DNA of 64,000 nt from Lytechinus pictus (Eukaryota), in assembly GCF_037042905.1 (NCBI RefSeq), contig NC_087245.1, forward strand, positions 14,014,001 through 14,078,000. The letters run 5' to 3'. The stretch's first letter is position 1. Every line of letters begins with the position of its first letter. The notes below the pieces were generated by a model that worked only from the letters and a program-made list of their open reading frames with translations, was not told where the DNA came from and did not search any database. Below, in pieces: positions 40,657 to 53,972 of the stretch. The translations under genes were made by a program, and so were the position numbers.

Positions 40657-41599
40657 TGGCATTGACAACTTTTTTACAGAGATTTCTCATATACATGTAG
40701 AGGGTGCCTTATTATATCTACAGGATTGTAAGATGACTAGATAATTTGATTTTTCATATTCCACTATCCTTACAATATTTATAGAAAGATCACATGCGAT
40801 TGCATTTTGCCTAGAATGGCCAAAAGTGCTTACAACAAGAAAGAAAAATGTTACAAATACAACAATGAAACCTTCAATACTAAAAATCTGGATTGGAAAA
40901 TGGAAATGTTTTAAGTCACTTTTTATATGAAGAGATAGATTTGGGTTGCTTGATAGTGGTATTTTTCGTTCTATACTGATCACATGGTGCACCATAACTC
41001 TCTTTATTTTATTGTGTAGTTTGTTTGGAAGAGCTTCTATCACCATTGAACCTCTTATAAAGGGGCATCCAAACTTGTTGATAACAGGACTTTTGTGAAG
41101 GGAGATATAAAATGTGAAAGTTTGAAGAAATTGGACAGTGAATAAGAAAGTAGCAGGTCTTTCAAAAAATGAGATTTCAAGTACTTTCCCTCAAAGCAGG
41201 AATAGAAAGGTACATGTAGATAACAAATTGTCACATGTCCTTATAAAGGGAAAAATATCATTCTGAGTAAAACTGCTGAAAAATGATATTTTAGTCAACT
41301 TGTGTATTGGAACAAATTGATAAATCATCCCTACCCTATATTGCAAAGACATTACCTTTGCAGTGGATAAACCATTGAAATCCTCATAGGTATAGTGATA
41401 ACTTTTTACAACTTTTAGAAATGGATATGATTGCTTTACAAGTAAACATTATAATGTGTAAGTATGTTCTATTTAACAAATGAATTGTAAAGTATTGTAG
41501 AGAGAAATTTCACTTTCATATATGAGTTGATTCTTTTTGGGCAGAATAAGAAATACAATGCCTGATATTTTCAAATCTTGTATTCTCCAATATCTTTAG

Positions 41600-41837
41600 A
41601 ATATGTGGTGTATTTGGAGGAGACTCGGTCACGGTGGACAGTGGATACGGGGGTAGCTTTACCAGTTCCTCCACGGTATCACTCAACGCTGACTTCCAGG
41701 CAGTGGCGCCCCGGATCCTTCAGCTCCTTGATAACGTTGCCAACACAAGGCAGCATCTTTACCAGCAATGGACCACCAAACAAGCCAAACTTGAACAGTG
41801 CCTACAACTCAAATTATTTGAACAAGATGCCAAAAAG
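41600..41837 (+). CDS. TRIO: Trio/Kalirin-like exon G (linker plus spectrin repeat)
   Basis: tctttAG|...AAG|GTaggt; 238 nt, phase 2-0; ...NADFQAVAPRILQLLDNVANTRQHLYQQWTTKQAKLEQCLQLKLFEQDAKK. Confidence 0.94.
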
Positions 41838-42000
41838 GTAGGTGCCCTTCAAAGGATCTGTTGAGAACAGTGTTATTTCAGTTAATGCATATTTTCTGCA
41901 AATCCCAGTGTGAGTTATCTTTGGCAGATGGGTTAATTTCCTTCTTGACTACTGTATATCTAATACCCATAGTATACATTAAAGCCAGGAGCAAGGCTTT

Positions 42001-42427
42001 GGTCCGAATTCACAAAGGTGGTTTTGAAAACCCACGGTTGAATCCATGGTTTATGTAGATTTCCTGTATAAATTACGCTTAATTTAGTGCGTATCGGGTG
42101 CGTGTATTAAAAAATGTCCAATGCTGATGTGCACTCTTGTCACAGTGCGCCAAATTGACCCCTGTTACCATGGTTAGATATGCTATTTTATTCATGAGTC
42201 CACTGTTTGAAGAGTGGACTCATTAATTCAAAAAAGTAGACTCATGAATAAAATAAGCATGGATAACCACGGCAAAAGGCGTCAATTTGGCGCATTGTGA
42301 CAAAAGCGTGCATCAGCATTGGACAATTTTTAATATATGCGGTAAAATAAGCATAATTTATACAGGAAATCTGCATAAACCATGGACTCAACCATGGGTT
42401 TTCAAAACCACCTTTGTGAATTCGGGC
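42001..42427. mobile_element. Fully palindromic ~425-bp MITE
   Basis: CCGAATTCACAAAGGTGGTTTTGAAAACCCA... mirrored over ~200-bp arms. Confidence 0.85.
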
Positions 42428-42996
42428 ATTTATGTTTCAGAAGATAGAAAATAGCTGATAAATTATGTAAATGCTTGGCTTAATAAATTGTTAACGGTTT
42501 TTGTATTTGACACTGCAGTGAATAAGATGGAAAAGTGAATAGCCTGAAATGTAAAGATGAACCCATTGACCACAGAATTTAATATTTTTCACTGGCTTTG
42601 TCCAGAGATTCCATTGTTCCAGTCGGAAACGTAGTATTTGTGTTAAATCCCCTGTATAGAGGAGTAGATGATAGATCCCAACAAAAGCATTACTGTGTGT
42701 ATCCAAAATTCATTTTTAGAAGAAATTAGACAGTTGTTGGTAGTTACCACTAAGATCAGATTTTTGAGGTAGAAACACATTTTTGTATTATTCTATGGTC
42801 CATTTGAAATCATACAAAAAAAGTTGAAAAAATGACCAATGATCTTTAATGTTATCTGTTTGATTCTTAGGGAAATGTTTCTTGTTTCTTCTACAATAAT
42901 AATAACAAGTTGTTCTTTAGATATGTATTTTATGAAAAAATTATGATTTTAAGTATTCATCCCTTTATCTTTGTTTTATTATTAATCTTGTTACAG

Positions 42997-43119
42997 CTCT
43001 TTGATTGGTTAGAGCATCACATAGATTTATTCCTGATCAATCATACTGACCTGGGTCATTCTGTAGACATGGCAGCTGAGCTTTCAGATGAACACAATCA
43101 TTTTGCTTCACAGTCTATG
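42997..43119 (+). CDS. TRIO: Trio/Kalirin-like exon H (spectrin repeat)
   Basis: gttacAG|...ATG|GTgagg; 123 nt; LFDWLEHHIDLFLINHTDLGHSVDMAAELSDEHNHFASQSM. Confidence 0.95.
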
Positions 43120-43503
43120 GTGAGGACATATCCATTACATATTGAGACATTTCTTTTTAACGTTTTCAGTAAAATTTGGTTTAAGGGCAATTCCTTGAAA
43201 AGTCAATCTTTTTTAATGTCTGACCCCTATCTTTTCCTTCCATTATGTCACTTCATGAACTACTTGAGCCATATAATTTGAGAGCACTAGACCTTTTCAT
43301 ATGAAGCACAAAATGGAGATAAATCATTTTGGGAAGTTCTTATATATAGGGCTCAATGGAATTGCCCATTGACTAAGGAGCACTGGTAATTGACTTTTAA
43401 TCTGGATCATGTTACAGAATGGTAAGTTGTTTGCTCTGACAAGTTGTCATTTGCTTAATCGTATGTTTTAGTAAAAATCCTTGGTTTTGAATGGCTGGGA
43501 ACT

Positions 43504-43800
43504 CCTGGGGCCTGTTGCATAAAAGAAGAACTCTGGTAATTCATTTTGCCAGTTTTTTAATTTGTTAAAATATCAATGGCATACTTTTGTTTGCAAAAGA
43601 GGTTTTTTTTCTGGCAAAAGTTTTATGCAACAGGCTCCAGGGTACCATAACACAAAGGTTAGTGATTGATCACTAATTTCAAAGAACAATTCTGATTGGT
43701 TCATAGTCAGTCTACTTAGGAAAATGCGCATGCAACGAGGATCTTGATTGGTCATTTCATTTAGCGATTAATCGCTAACCTTAGTGTTACGGCGCCCAGG
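43504..43800. mobile_element. Two abutting short MITEs sharing a CAG junction
   Basis: GCCTGTTGCATAAAA/TTTTATGCAACAGGC, then TAACACAAAGGTTAG/CTAACCTTAGTGTTA. Confidence 0.7.
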
Positions 43801-44526
43801 TCACTTGTTTTTACTATGGTACATGTCATATGTTAGAGAATGGTGACTTGTTAGTGGTGGCAACTTTCATTAAATGGTGTTTGGGTGAAGTATTCCCCCC
43901 CCCCTTTTATATAATATAGTTTAAAGAATCTTTAAAACAATCATAAACCAACAAGTTTGCATCTCATCTCCTTGCCTCAATATCATCTATTATAATAGAA
44001 AAAATTACAACCATGGATTGGTATTATTTATGGTACACATCAATCCCTTTTAAGGAAATTAAAGAAAAAATAATGATAATAAGATTGATACTCCTACAGA
44101 ATGTTGGATTTTACCTTATCATCATTATTTTTACCAAAGAATTAAGCGAAAGTCATTATCTGCTCATTCAATCTTCTAATTACATGGCAAAATTATGATT
44201 TACAACTGTATGTCAACACATTTTTTATTTCGCAGGTTTGAAATAGCCTATGAACGATTAATGAGTTGGCAAATGGCTCTCCATAAATTTGACTTTATCA
44301 ATTTTCCTTAAGATAATATTGAATGTAATTGGTGCTCATGATGATAATGATTACGATGATGGTGATAATAATGATAGTGATAATGATGATAGTAATAATG
44401 ATGATATTTATGATGGTGATGATTATGATTAAGGATGATGGTGTTGAATACGACTATGGCTTTATTTATATTATCTCCAGTGCCAGAAAATTTTGAATAA
44501 ATAAATCTCTTTTTTTGTCAACACAG

Positions 44527-44718
44527 AACATGTATGTTCACATCAATAGAGTACTTTCTGCAGCCTCGCAACTGATTGATAATGGTCATTATGCGTCGGA
44601 GGTCATAAGGTCACACATGCTACGAATCGACCGCGAGTGGAGGGCATTTGCTGTGGCCCTGGATGAACGTAGCACGCTTCTTGCCATGTCAGTTACGTTT
44701 CATAAGAAAGTTTATGAG
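44527..44718 (+). CDS. TRIO: Trio/Kalirin-like exon I (spectrin repeat)
   Basis: acacAG|...GAG|GTcagt; 192 nt; NMYVHINRVLSAASQLIDNGHYASEVIR...ALDERSTLLAMSVTFHKKVYE. Confidence 0.96.
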
Positions 44719-45839
44719 GTCAGTATAAGCTAGTATTTCACTTTTATTGTATTTTGTGCTGTGCTGATGTAAAAATCTGCCCAATACCAACAATGGAAGG
44801 TCAATACCATACTTGAATTCACCCATTGTTAATTAAGTTGAATAGTAATGATTATTAAACGCTTTTCTCAAAGCACTGTTTTGCATTCAAGGTCATCTAT
44901 TTGCCAATCCTTGATATGGAAAGTTGTAACCAAGTTTGTAAAACAAGTCTTGTTGGCCAAACTCTGATAATAGTAAATGCCCCTGAAAACTTATGTGGAA
45001 GAGCGCCATCTTGTGATCATACCTTTCTATCTCTGCAACATTTCACCCTAACACACTACTCTGAGTTTTTAGATATCTGTTAATGTTTTGATATGAGATG
45101 TTATCTGTTAACCTGTTATCAGGAAATGATGTGCTATTGGGTCATTAAACAAATGCAGTCTAGCACTTACGGCTTCCTAATTAACAATCAGTATTTGGTT
45201 GATGGGGTATGTCATCAATCTGCTTGTAAAAATTTATCCATGGCTACACAGTTTCTCAAATTGCTGAGCATACAACATTGTGCAACAAAATAGCAATACA
45301 AGCTTGGTAGTTCTTACTAGAATGCTACTCAGGGAGTGGAGAAAGTGTTTACATTATGTGTGTGTGCATGCCAGAATTTAATGATGGCTTTAATGACATA
45401 CTTGTAAATTCTATGAAGGCTTAAATGATTAATACCAATTAAGCTATATAAACATAGAGTATTATTATAAATTATTAAACTTTGTTGAATATGGAGGGCA
45501 AATTGGATGTTGATATTCTTTAAACAAGGTTTGGTCTTGCACCCTGTAATACTGTCCTTTTGAAAAATGTTATTTGAGTATCTCATTCTTCTGCATATTT
45601 CATTGGAAACTTATTCAATTAAAAATGAATCGGCATCTCTTGGAAGCTTGTTCAAAAGCTACCAGGTATTTAGAGAAATAAATGTATTGTGTTCTAACAA
45701 GCCACAATCAGGGTTATTATAAGTCTGTGAAGTGCTAGGTGATGTCATTCTAATGTTTCAAGTGCTGTATAATGGTATTTGATTATGAATTATTATTGAC
45801 TCATTCATATTTGTGGTTTGCATACCCTTGTTATTGCAG

Positions 45840-45974
45840 TACGAACACAATTTTCATGACTGGAGCACCAGATGCCATTTGGATGGAGAGCTCCCTCACG
45901 ATGTTGGTGAATTGGAGTCCATGCTGCAACAGCACCATGCCTTGTCCGATGACATCAACCAGAAATATACCCAA
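45840..45974 (+). CDS. TRIO: Trio/Kalirin-like exon J (spectrin repeat)
   Basis: attgcAG|...CAA|GTaaga; 135 nt; YEHNFHDWSTRCHLDGELPHDVGELESMLQQHHALSDDINQKYTQ. Confidence 0.94.
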
Positions 45975-46025
45975 GTAAGATTATATCAGTGGCTTTGGAG
46001 GTGGTGGGGTTGTAGGAGTTGGTAT

Positions 46026-46157
46026 TGATGATGATGATGCTGATGATGATGCTGATGATGCTGATGACGATGATGATGGTGATGATGATGACGATGATGA
46101 CGATGATGATGATGATGATGATGGTTATGATGATTATGATGATGGTGATGATGATGG

Positions 46158-46189
<32 letters not shown>

Positions 46190-46310
46190 GTGGTTATGAT
46201 GATGATGATGATGGTGATGATGAAGGTGATGATAACGTTGTTGATGATGATTATGATGACGCTGCTGATGATGATGATGGTGATGATGATGATGATGATG
46301 ATGGTGATGG

Positions 46311-46390
<80 letters not shown>

Positions 46391-46478
46391 GTGATGATGA
46401 CGATGATGATAGTGATGATGTTGATGATGACGATGATGATGATGATGGTGATGATGGTGGTTATAATGATAATGATAA
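46026..46478. repeat. ~450-bp imperfect (GAT)n microsatellite in the intron between exons J and K
   Basis: Directly visible; other (GAT)/(CAT) tracts at about 16660-16795, 17572-17695, 18470-18525, 23613-23730, 29570-29650 and 44340-44440. Confidence 0.97.
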
Positions 46479-46695
46479 AGATATTTATTCTTAAAAATGT
46501 AAACATGTTTACAACTGACATTTTTCAGTAAAATTCACTGCTATGAACAATTCACAACTTACCCTGTACTTATGGCACAATATAATGCCTTTGGAAGACA
46601 AAATTCAAAAATAAATTATGAAAAAAAAAGGAAAGGAGATTTTTTGAAAATGTATCTAGCTTGTAAACTTACTCTCATATCCTGCCCCTAACCAG

Positions 46696-46926
46696 GTTCT
46701 TTCCGATGGCAAAGCCCTTCTGGCGGCGTTGCAGCAACCGTTAAGTCCGGAGAGCGAGAACTCTGTTACTGCCCAGACCAACTACTCCCAGTCGGCCGGT
46801 CACTTCTTGGATCTGATCCATGAGGTGCTGCAGCAGCACAGGGAGTTAGATGAGAGGTGGCAGAGGAAAAGGACTGTCATTAATCAGAGGGTTCAGCTCT
46901 GCGTCTTCCAGCACGATACGGCACAG
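46696..46926 (+). CDS. TRIO: Trio/Kalirin-like exon K (spectrin repeat)
   Basis: taaccAG|...CAG|GTgggt; 231 nt; VLSDGKALLAALQQPLSPESENSVTAQTNYSQSAGHFLDLIHEVL...QLCVFQHDTAQ. Confidence 0.96.
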
Positions 46927-47119
46927 GTGGGTCTGAGGGACTCTTCCTCAGTAACATTCATGTTTCATTTACCCAGGGTAACCATGTCAGTTTTGAAACT
47001 GATCTGCCAGCGGGCCCTGCATAACATAGTAGATTAATATTTACCCTTCTCAGATCTAAATGTTGAGTAGCTTGAAAGAAGACAGATAGTTCCATTTTTA
47101 TAAAAATGAAATAAATTAA

Positions 47120-47393
47120 AAATAATATAGGATTTGTATAGCGCACGTATCCACCTTGCTAGGTGCTCAAGGCGCTCCTATATTACCCCGGCTAAGCTAG
47201 TCTACCAATTCCGGTGCGCACAGCTTTTTGAGGAAATACTTCTTGCTGGTACTCATTTACCTCACCTGGGTTGAGTGTAGCACAATGTGGGTAAATTTCT
47301 TGCTGTAGGAAAACACGCCGTGGCTGGGAAACGAACCCATGTCCTTCAGATTGAAAGACGAGAGTCTTAACCACTAGACCATGACGCCCCCAC
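47120..47393 (-). mobile_element. tRNA-derived SINE (Deu-domain-like core)
   Basis: Minus strand: box A TGGTCTAGTGG, box B GGTTCGTTTCC, core CACTCAACCCAGGTGAGGTAAATG, 3' GAGCGCCTTGAGCAC...GCGCTATACAAAT tail. Confidence 0.8.
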
Positions 47394-48439
47394 GTCTTTA
47401 TAAGTCTTTTGTATGCCTTGACTGGAGATTGAACCTGTTCATGAGGTGGGTGCTCTACGAATTAGTAACCACGCATGGTCTTTTATAATCTATTACTATC
47501 ACTAGGATGGAAGGTAAAAGTGCATGATTTAAGGTTTGGTTTTAGTGTTGGTGTTAGGATTGGAGTCCTAAATGAGATTAGTCTGCAGGCACAGACCCTG
47601 CTTGAAACTTTGATCAACAAGTGGGTCTATACACAAAGACTAGCATATAAAACTTGCTGGGGAGAGAGCCTTCAGTACACAAGGCATTATAGGCTGCACA
47701 TTCAGACCCTTAACTCAAGTGAAGGGTCTGCACAGCAGACTAAATTAAGATCGCCTATCCTCGCCCCAACACCTAACCTGAATGTACAAAAATTATTCAA
47801 ATCACATTAGTGTGGCCAGCTCATCCTAGGACCAACTTCATATGATGTTGTGCTGATGTTAGAATGGGCCCAACACCAAAACCAACAGGATAACTCTGAA
47901 CTTGAAATCACCCAGTGTATATTGGATGTTTGTGTAACTGACCGGTCATCTATCCTCTAGTGATTTCCAAACACAGATAATCTTGGATGATATTGTGTCG
48001 GGTGTGTTCAATGTAATGGTCGTGTATCAGTTTTGTAGCTAAACCAGAGCCAGATTATGGTAAAAAGATGAAAACTGAATCATCAATGCTCATGAATGCA
48101 CATAGACTGTACAACTTGCAACTAGCTGTGCCGTTTAAAGGATAGATTCCTGGATAGAATGCAGCATGCTATAGATGATGAAAAGTTAGAATGTGAATCA
48201 GTACTCCATGATTTCCATGGTTATGATAATGATCAGTCAAATACTGTTGTAGCCCTTTCATTGACTGTCTTATGTTGCCCATTTGGGTTGTTTAAAACAG
48301 ATTTAGGGCATCAGGCTTTATCTGTGAATCACTATTATAATACTTTCAACATAGTTTCGTCAGTTGATTGAACAATATATGGAAATAATGTTCATAATTC
48401 ATTGAAAGCCTTCATTAGTGAATGCTCTATATTCATACA

Positions 48440-49001
48440 CCGGGCGGGTGTTTCATAAAGCTCTTTTAAATTTAAGAACGACTGGTAATCCTTTCTTACA
48501 CGCTAAATATTCACCATTGAACATTAAATGGTGAATATCATTTACAACAAGAAAGGATAACCAGTCGTTCTTAAAGAGAAATTCCAGTAGTTGCAGTAAA
48601 CACTGATTTCATGAGAAAGTCTGTAAAACCAGGCTTAATTGTCAGTATATCATCGAGGATCTAGATCTGGTACAGTTACATAAACTGAACTTTGTGAAAT
48701 CTTGAAATCTACGCTGAAAAATGTTCAGACTGAACTTCCCCAACACAGATAAGCGCACGTGGGACAGTGTATAATTATTGCTTTGAGCGTCGGACCCGAC
48801 GCTCTACCCGAATCCTGTGCTTATTTGCTGATTTCTCAGCAATTACACAATTTCTTCCAGAATCCTTTGTCACATGCGTTTTATTTATACAAACAGACAC
48901 TTTGGTGGTCATTTCATTGGATTCTGTACGAACTCATTTTGATATCGTTACCAAAACTAGCATTTACCTTTAAAGTCACAGCTTTACGAAACTGCCCCCT
49001 G
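48440..49001. mobile_element. Palindromic PIF/Harbinger-like MITE hosting the K1 insertion
   Basis: GGCGGGTGTTTCATAAAGCT...AGCTTTACGAAACTGCCCC; related to 4087-4201. Confidence 0.65.
48571..48973. mobile_element. Kolobok-like family K1 copy nested in a palindromic MITE
   Basis: TTAA duplication; reverse-complement homology to 380-783. Confidence 0.8.
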
Positions 49002-51078
49002 GGGCAGTAAACTAAAATGGCTCAGTTTGTAAAGCAGTGATCTAGCACTTGGTATTACAATGGCCACGTCATTCAACTCTCAGGTCCAAAACTAGATTCT
49101 GGCAGAGGGTTCTGTAGCTGTAGGTTTTCTGGCTACATACTCAATATGGTCAAATAACCCTTAGCTATACATATAACAAGACAGTTTTGAAAAAAATATA
49201 TGAATTTTTTTGTTAGGTTTTCGAGTTTAAAACTTGCATGAATATTCTTAATATTTTACCAAGGAATTATCTCCAAGGTGTTTTTTTGTTACATTTTAGA
49301 CTATCATTTTCAAAATTTTCATATATCTTTTTTTTTACTGAGTATTTTATTGAAAAATTGTGAAAATAAGGTTCATTACTGTAATTGCAAAACAGGTTAA
49401 AAATTACCTTCAATGATATCTGGAAAGCAATTTTTTTCAAAACTTAAAATCCAAGCATATAACAACTTAAACAAAATGAGAAGAAACTGTACTTCATAAA
49501 TACAGACTACTTAAAGATCAGTATGACCTTTTAACACATATGTTGGACTAATTATTTTGAGTTAATTTGTGATAAGAGTGTATCTTCCTGTTAACGGGCT
49601 GTGTAACGCATGCGATCGGTTGATTGCTGAAACCTCAGATAGGTGCACTGAACGTCTATTGCAGAATGAAACCAAAAGTGATCTATTTGAATTAATTATT
49701 GCCAAGGTATGTTAGAGACCATGTGAAGATTAGACAAGCATAAGGTCATAAAAGCCATATCCAATATGTCTTAATCTTGAGCATGAAATTGAAGTGTAAG
49801 GTAATAACAAAGTGTGAATGACATAAAGCCACTTCTTTTAGCAAGAGTCCTTCTTAGTTTCTTTGCCTTTCCAGTCCTTAAAAATTTTCCACTCTAAACA
49901 CATTCTGAAAATGTTTAGTGGCTCATGTGCATATATTTCCAAACACCATAATTAGAAAAATTACATATATCATTTATTGTTTCATCTTTTATTGTAAATG
50001 GGGCTTAAATATTAGAGTGATTTTAATTTTGTTCTGTCTCCTGCAGTATAAAAGGGCCCATGTCTATATTCTTGGCTTACCCTAAAGTAAGGACCAGAAT
50101 GCATTATCTAGAAGAAATCATACAGGCTTCAGCTATTTCCAGATAGGTTTCCAAGAATAGTTCTAGCACGAATGCACATTACTTCAAGTACAGGAAATAC
50201 TTGCATATGTTAGTAGACAAGGAACTTCCTGTGATATTTGTTTGTGTATGTTTTCACCATATTTCCTGAAGTGTAAATTGAATTCAATGCAAACTCTCTA
50301 AACTGGTTTCAAGTGGAGATATAACATTGTGTCACCAATAGTCTTATATAGGAATCAAACCTCCATTGTATAGATTGTAAATATACTGCATCAATTATAC
50401 AATCTGCCTATATACTTCCTACTCTGTGGATCATCATTCTGTGCTTGTGTGTGATTGCTTTGCAATGGATTGTAATTCCATAGAAAAGGTAAAGTGTTAT
50501 CCGATTTAATCAAGGATTCTTGTTGTAATTTTTCCCAATTTACTTCATTTATTTTTAAAAGAAAATTTAAATGATTGATTGTTGTTCATGGTTTGTATAC
50601 TGTGTACATCATATGTTTCACACATTTGCCATTATCCACAGTCGGTTAGGATTATATCCATGGTTCTCATCCATTGAAGGAAATCTATGTTGGACGTGTT
50701 AGAAACGTGATATTGCATGATGTTTGCTTGAAGATATATAATAGCAATGCAACTTTTTTTATAATAGCAATGCAATGTGTTTCTCAGGAAGTGAATATTT
50801 TGTAGTTGTTTTGTTGCAGTATTGGAAGAATGTATCACAATAATGTTGTACAGTTTAATAGCTAATGACAAGGGGACATATGGCTCACCATCTTCTCCAG
50901 TGGATCTGATATTGAGGATTAATACATTTCCATGTAGTATGAATGCTGGGCTCTTCCTTTGAAAAGATCACTGTTATGCCATCCAGCCATCATGCCTTGT
51001 TTTGAGATTGTTTCGGAGTGTCCGGAGAGTCATATCTGATACACATGAATGATGTATCGTTTTGTGTTTTTGTTTCAG

Positions 51079-51201
51079 GTGTTGTTTTGGCTGCAGAACT
51101 ATGGAGAGGAATTTTTAAACAAACACACCAGTATTGGAAAGTCACTGCACAAAGCCAGGGCGTTGCAGAAGAAACATGAGGAATTTGAAGCCATTGCCCA
51201 G
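51079..51201 (+). CDS. TRIO: Trio/Kalirin-like exon L (spectrin repeat); last exon found in the window
   Basis: tgtttcAG|...CAG|GTaagt; 123 nt; VLFWLQNYGEEFLNKHTSIGKSLHKARALQKKHEEFEAIAQ. Confidence 0.96.
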
Positions 51202-53537
51202 GTAAGTTTAAATGGAACAGTTTTCTAAAACTCAAGAGCTATTTTTTCTAATCTTATCACTAAGAGCAGGCAGATTTGTAACATTTTCTTTTGCAAACAT
51301 TTTAGTCTGATAAGAAGTGATATTTTTTTAAAACTCAGACTCACTTACAGACTATCCATATAATTTGACAATAAGGGTGATCTGTTTTACTAACCCCATC
51401 ATCTCCAAGTTCCTGAGTGGGCCTTTTGTAATTTTTAAAATTATTATTGTCATTCATCACACTAAAATACTATTTAAACATGAATAAAAGTTATTAAAAA
51501 TCTGATAGCAATGCAACCGGTCAAGCTGCCTGGATATGGAAAAAATTATCTTTGTATCAGTGCCCCGCGAATCTTCCTCCCCTTTTTCTGACCTGATGCA
51601 GGTTCTCCTTTTGGAGTCAACCAGCATGGAATTGTGGGTCGTGTCGAGCTTTTACTGGTTGTGACAGCTTATTTAGCATATTATTGAGTAAAAATCCCCC
51701 AAATCATGAAAAAAGATGGTATACATTTAAAAAAAGGGACGGATGAAAAGAGAATTCATTGAGGTTTTTCTTTGAACCTGTGTGTATTCCTCCAATGGAC
51801 CATGGCGCTGTTGAAGATATACCCTTTAACTGAATTCTGAGCCCAGTGTCATTAGAGAATCTTTGCAAGGACTAACCAACATATCAACGAGATGCTATTT
51901 GAGGCACCTGTTTGTAAACTATTATCAACATATTGACATTCAATTCATTACTCAAATCACTTTAAAAATTATTTATAGATCTATATAGATAATGAGATGT
52001 GATGTACCCTTATTTTTATTAGGTTTTGCATGCATTGATGATCTAAATAGATTTATGTTGATAATAATTTTTCATAGCTGCCCTTTTAAAGAATATCATA
52101 CAAGAGGAAGTCCTTGCGAAGAACATTTTATTATGCTTGACCTTATCTAGTATTCAATATTGGGCTATTCTCTATCCTCCAGATAGCAGAAGAAGCAATA
52201 TTTATAAGATGTATGAGGATTATTATGATGATAATGATGATGATGAATGATGATACCCAAAAGGAACTTACTTAGAAGATAAAAACGTATTGAGATGACA
52301 ATATGATAGAGGTGATATGTTCAGAAATATAGCTGTGATGTGATGGTGTTGCTGTGATTATGAATGCAACGAGTTTGTAATAATCAATGATATTTGCATC
52401 AGTGAGCATGGATTCATATAGATAGGGGCTATAAAACAATAAGAAATATGAGAGAGAAAATAACATTACCAATAATCCTGTATTTCTTTTTAAAAAGTTA
52501 AAAGACATTAATTATTATGTGTGTTGATTTGTGATATTTATTTAGTCCAATGAACCTATACCCGTTGTTATATATCGTTGGTACCACCTGATATAAACCT
52601 TATTGATGACTTTTAACAAAATCTACTTTGTTAACCCTTTGATATTTGAAAAGAACATTTCCATCTTATGCATTTGTTGGTCAGCTGTTTACCCTTTGCA
52701 TTCTTCAAGATGAGCATTGCAGAAGGTCCATCATGAAGAAGTCTGCCATGTGAATAGTTGCCTTCACCTGTCTTTCTTAATGTCAATATGTGATGAAAAA
52801 TATTTCAGAGAGGGAGAAAGAGAATTACGGGGTTGATGAAAGATTTGAGAGAGAAAGGGAAAAAATGAAAACAACCTTTAAAAAAAAATAGAATCAAAAT
52901 GACAGAAAATTACAATTTTAACAGAAACACATCAAGAAAAGCAGAGTGAACAGTGTTGACAGTGTAATGCAAAATACACAACAGAAACAGATGCAAAAAC
53001 AAGTGCTAAATGCTGAATGTAAATGGGGGAGGGGGGTTCCAGTATGGAAAAGGAGATCACTCAAGTATTAAAAAGCAATTTTACATCTGAAAGAAACTTC
53101 CTGAAGGATATATCCAAGGAAGAGATTGTTTATGAATGAAACTTGCAAAAAGGAAATGTAGGCCTAACTTTTTTCTTTCAATTGATCTTGTTGGATACAC
53201 TAGAATGATGATGACTTGTATTGAGCTTATTAGTTAGTGTCCTCGGGTAATTGCTATGTTCCTCAATGATAAATCTAAAATGGCAAGTCCTTGGCTGCAC
53301 ATGTTATCTTAGATACCTATACTAAATTAGCCTTCCAGCTTAGATATTATGCCCAAAATGCTTGAAAAAGTTAACATTTAGTTCTGTTAATTTGCCCTTC
53401 AAACATGATGATTTTGTAATGATTGGCGATGATTTCCCCATTTCATGCATTTCCAGTTCTTCTCTGTAAGGATTAATGTATTTTTGTGACAATGTATCAA
53501 GGTTGGTGGTCTATTACAGGACAATAAAGTAAACTAG

Positions 53538-53972
53538 GACACCGTTCTCACTACCTTCCTAAAACTAGTTTACAGGAAACTAGTTTAATGTGTAGTGAGA
53601 ACGGTCGAAGTGATCTTGGGAGCAATCTTCCAAACCGGTTCAGAAAACCACCTTGCGATGTAGTTTTCAAGATAGCTTTGCCTCGTTAAACTGGTTAAAG
53701 CGTAAGTGAGGACACAACCGTCCTTTGGGAAGCAATCTTCGCACATTTTGAGCGCGCTACTACACACGACAGGTGTAGAATGCCTACGCTGCGGTTTTAA
53801 ATTTCGCGTGAAACGTGTCACCCCACTAAAAGCGTTTCCATAGCAACAAGATCGCTGTACGTGAAGTGATTTTGAAAACTACTTTCGTGTGATCAAGTGG
53901 GAACGCTACCAAAGCGATCTTCCAAACTGGTTTCCAGTAAACTGTTTAAGAAAGCGTCATGAGAACGGCCTC
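53538..53972. mobile_element. 'ACTAGTTT' MITE copy
   Basis: GACACCGTTCTCACTAC...GAGAACGGCCTC; colinear with 10510-10972. Confidence 0.9.

Noticed and set aside
45955..46531. Long poly-Met and poly-Ile ORFs
   Set aside because: Translations of the intronic (GAT)n microsatellite
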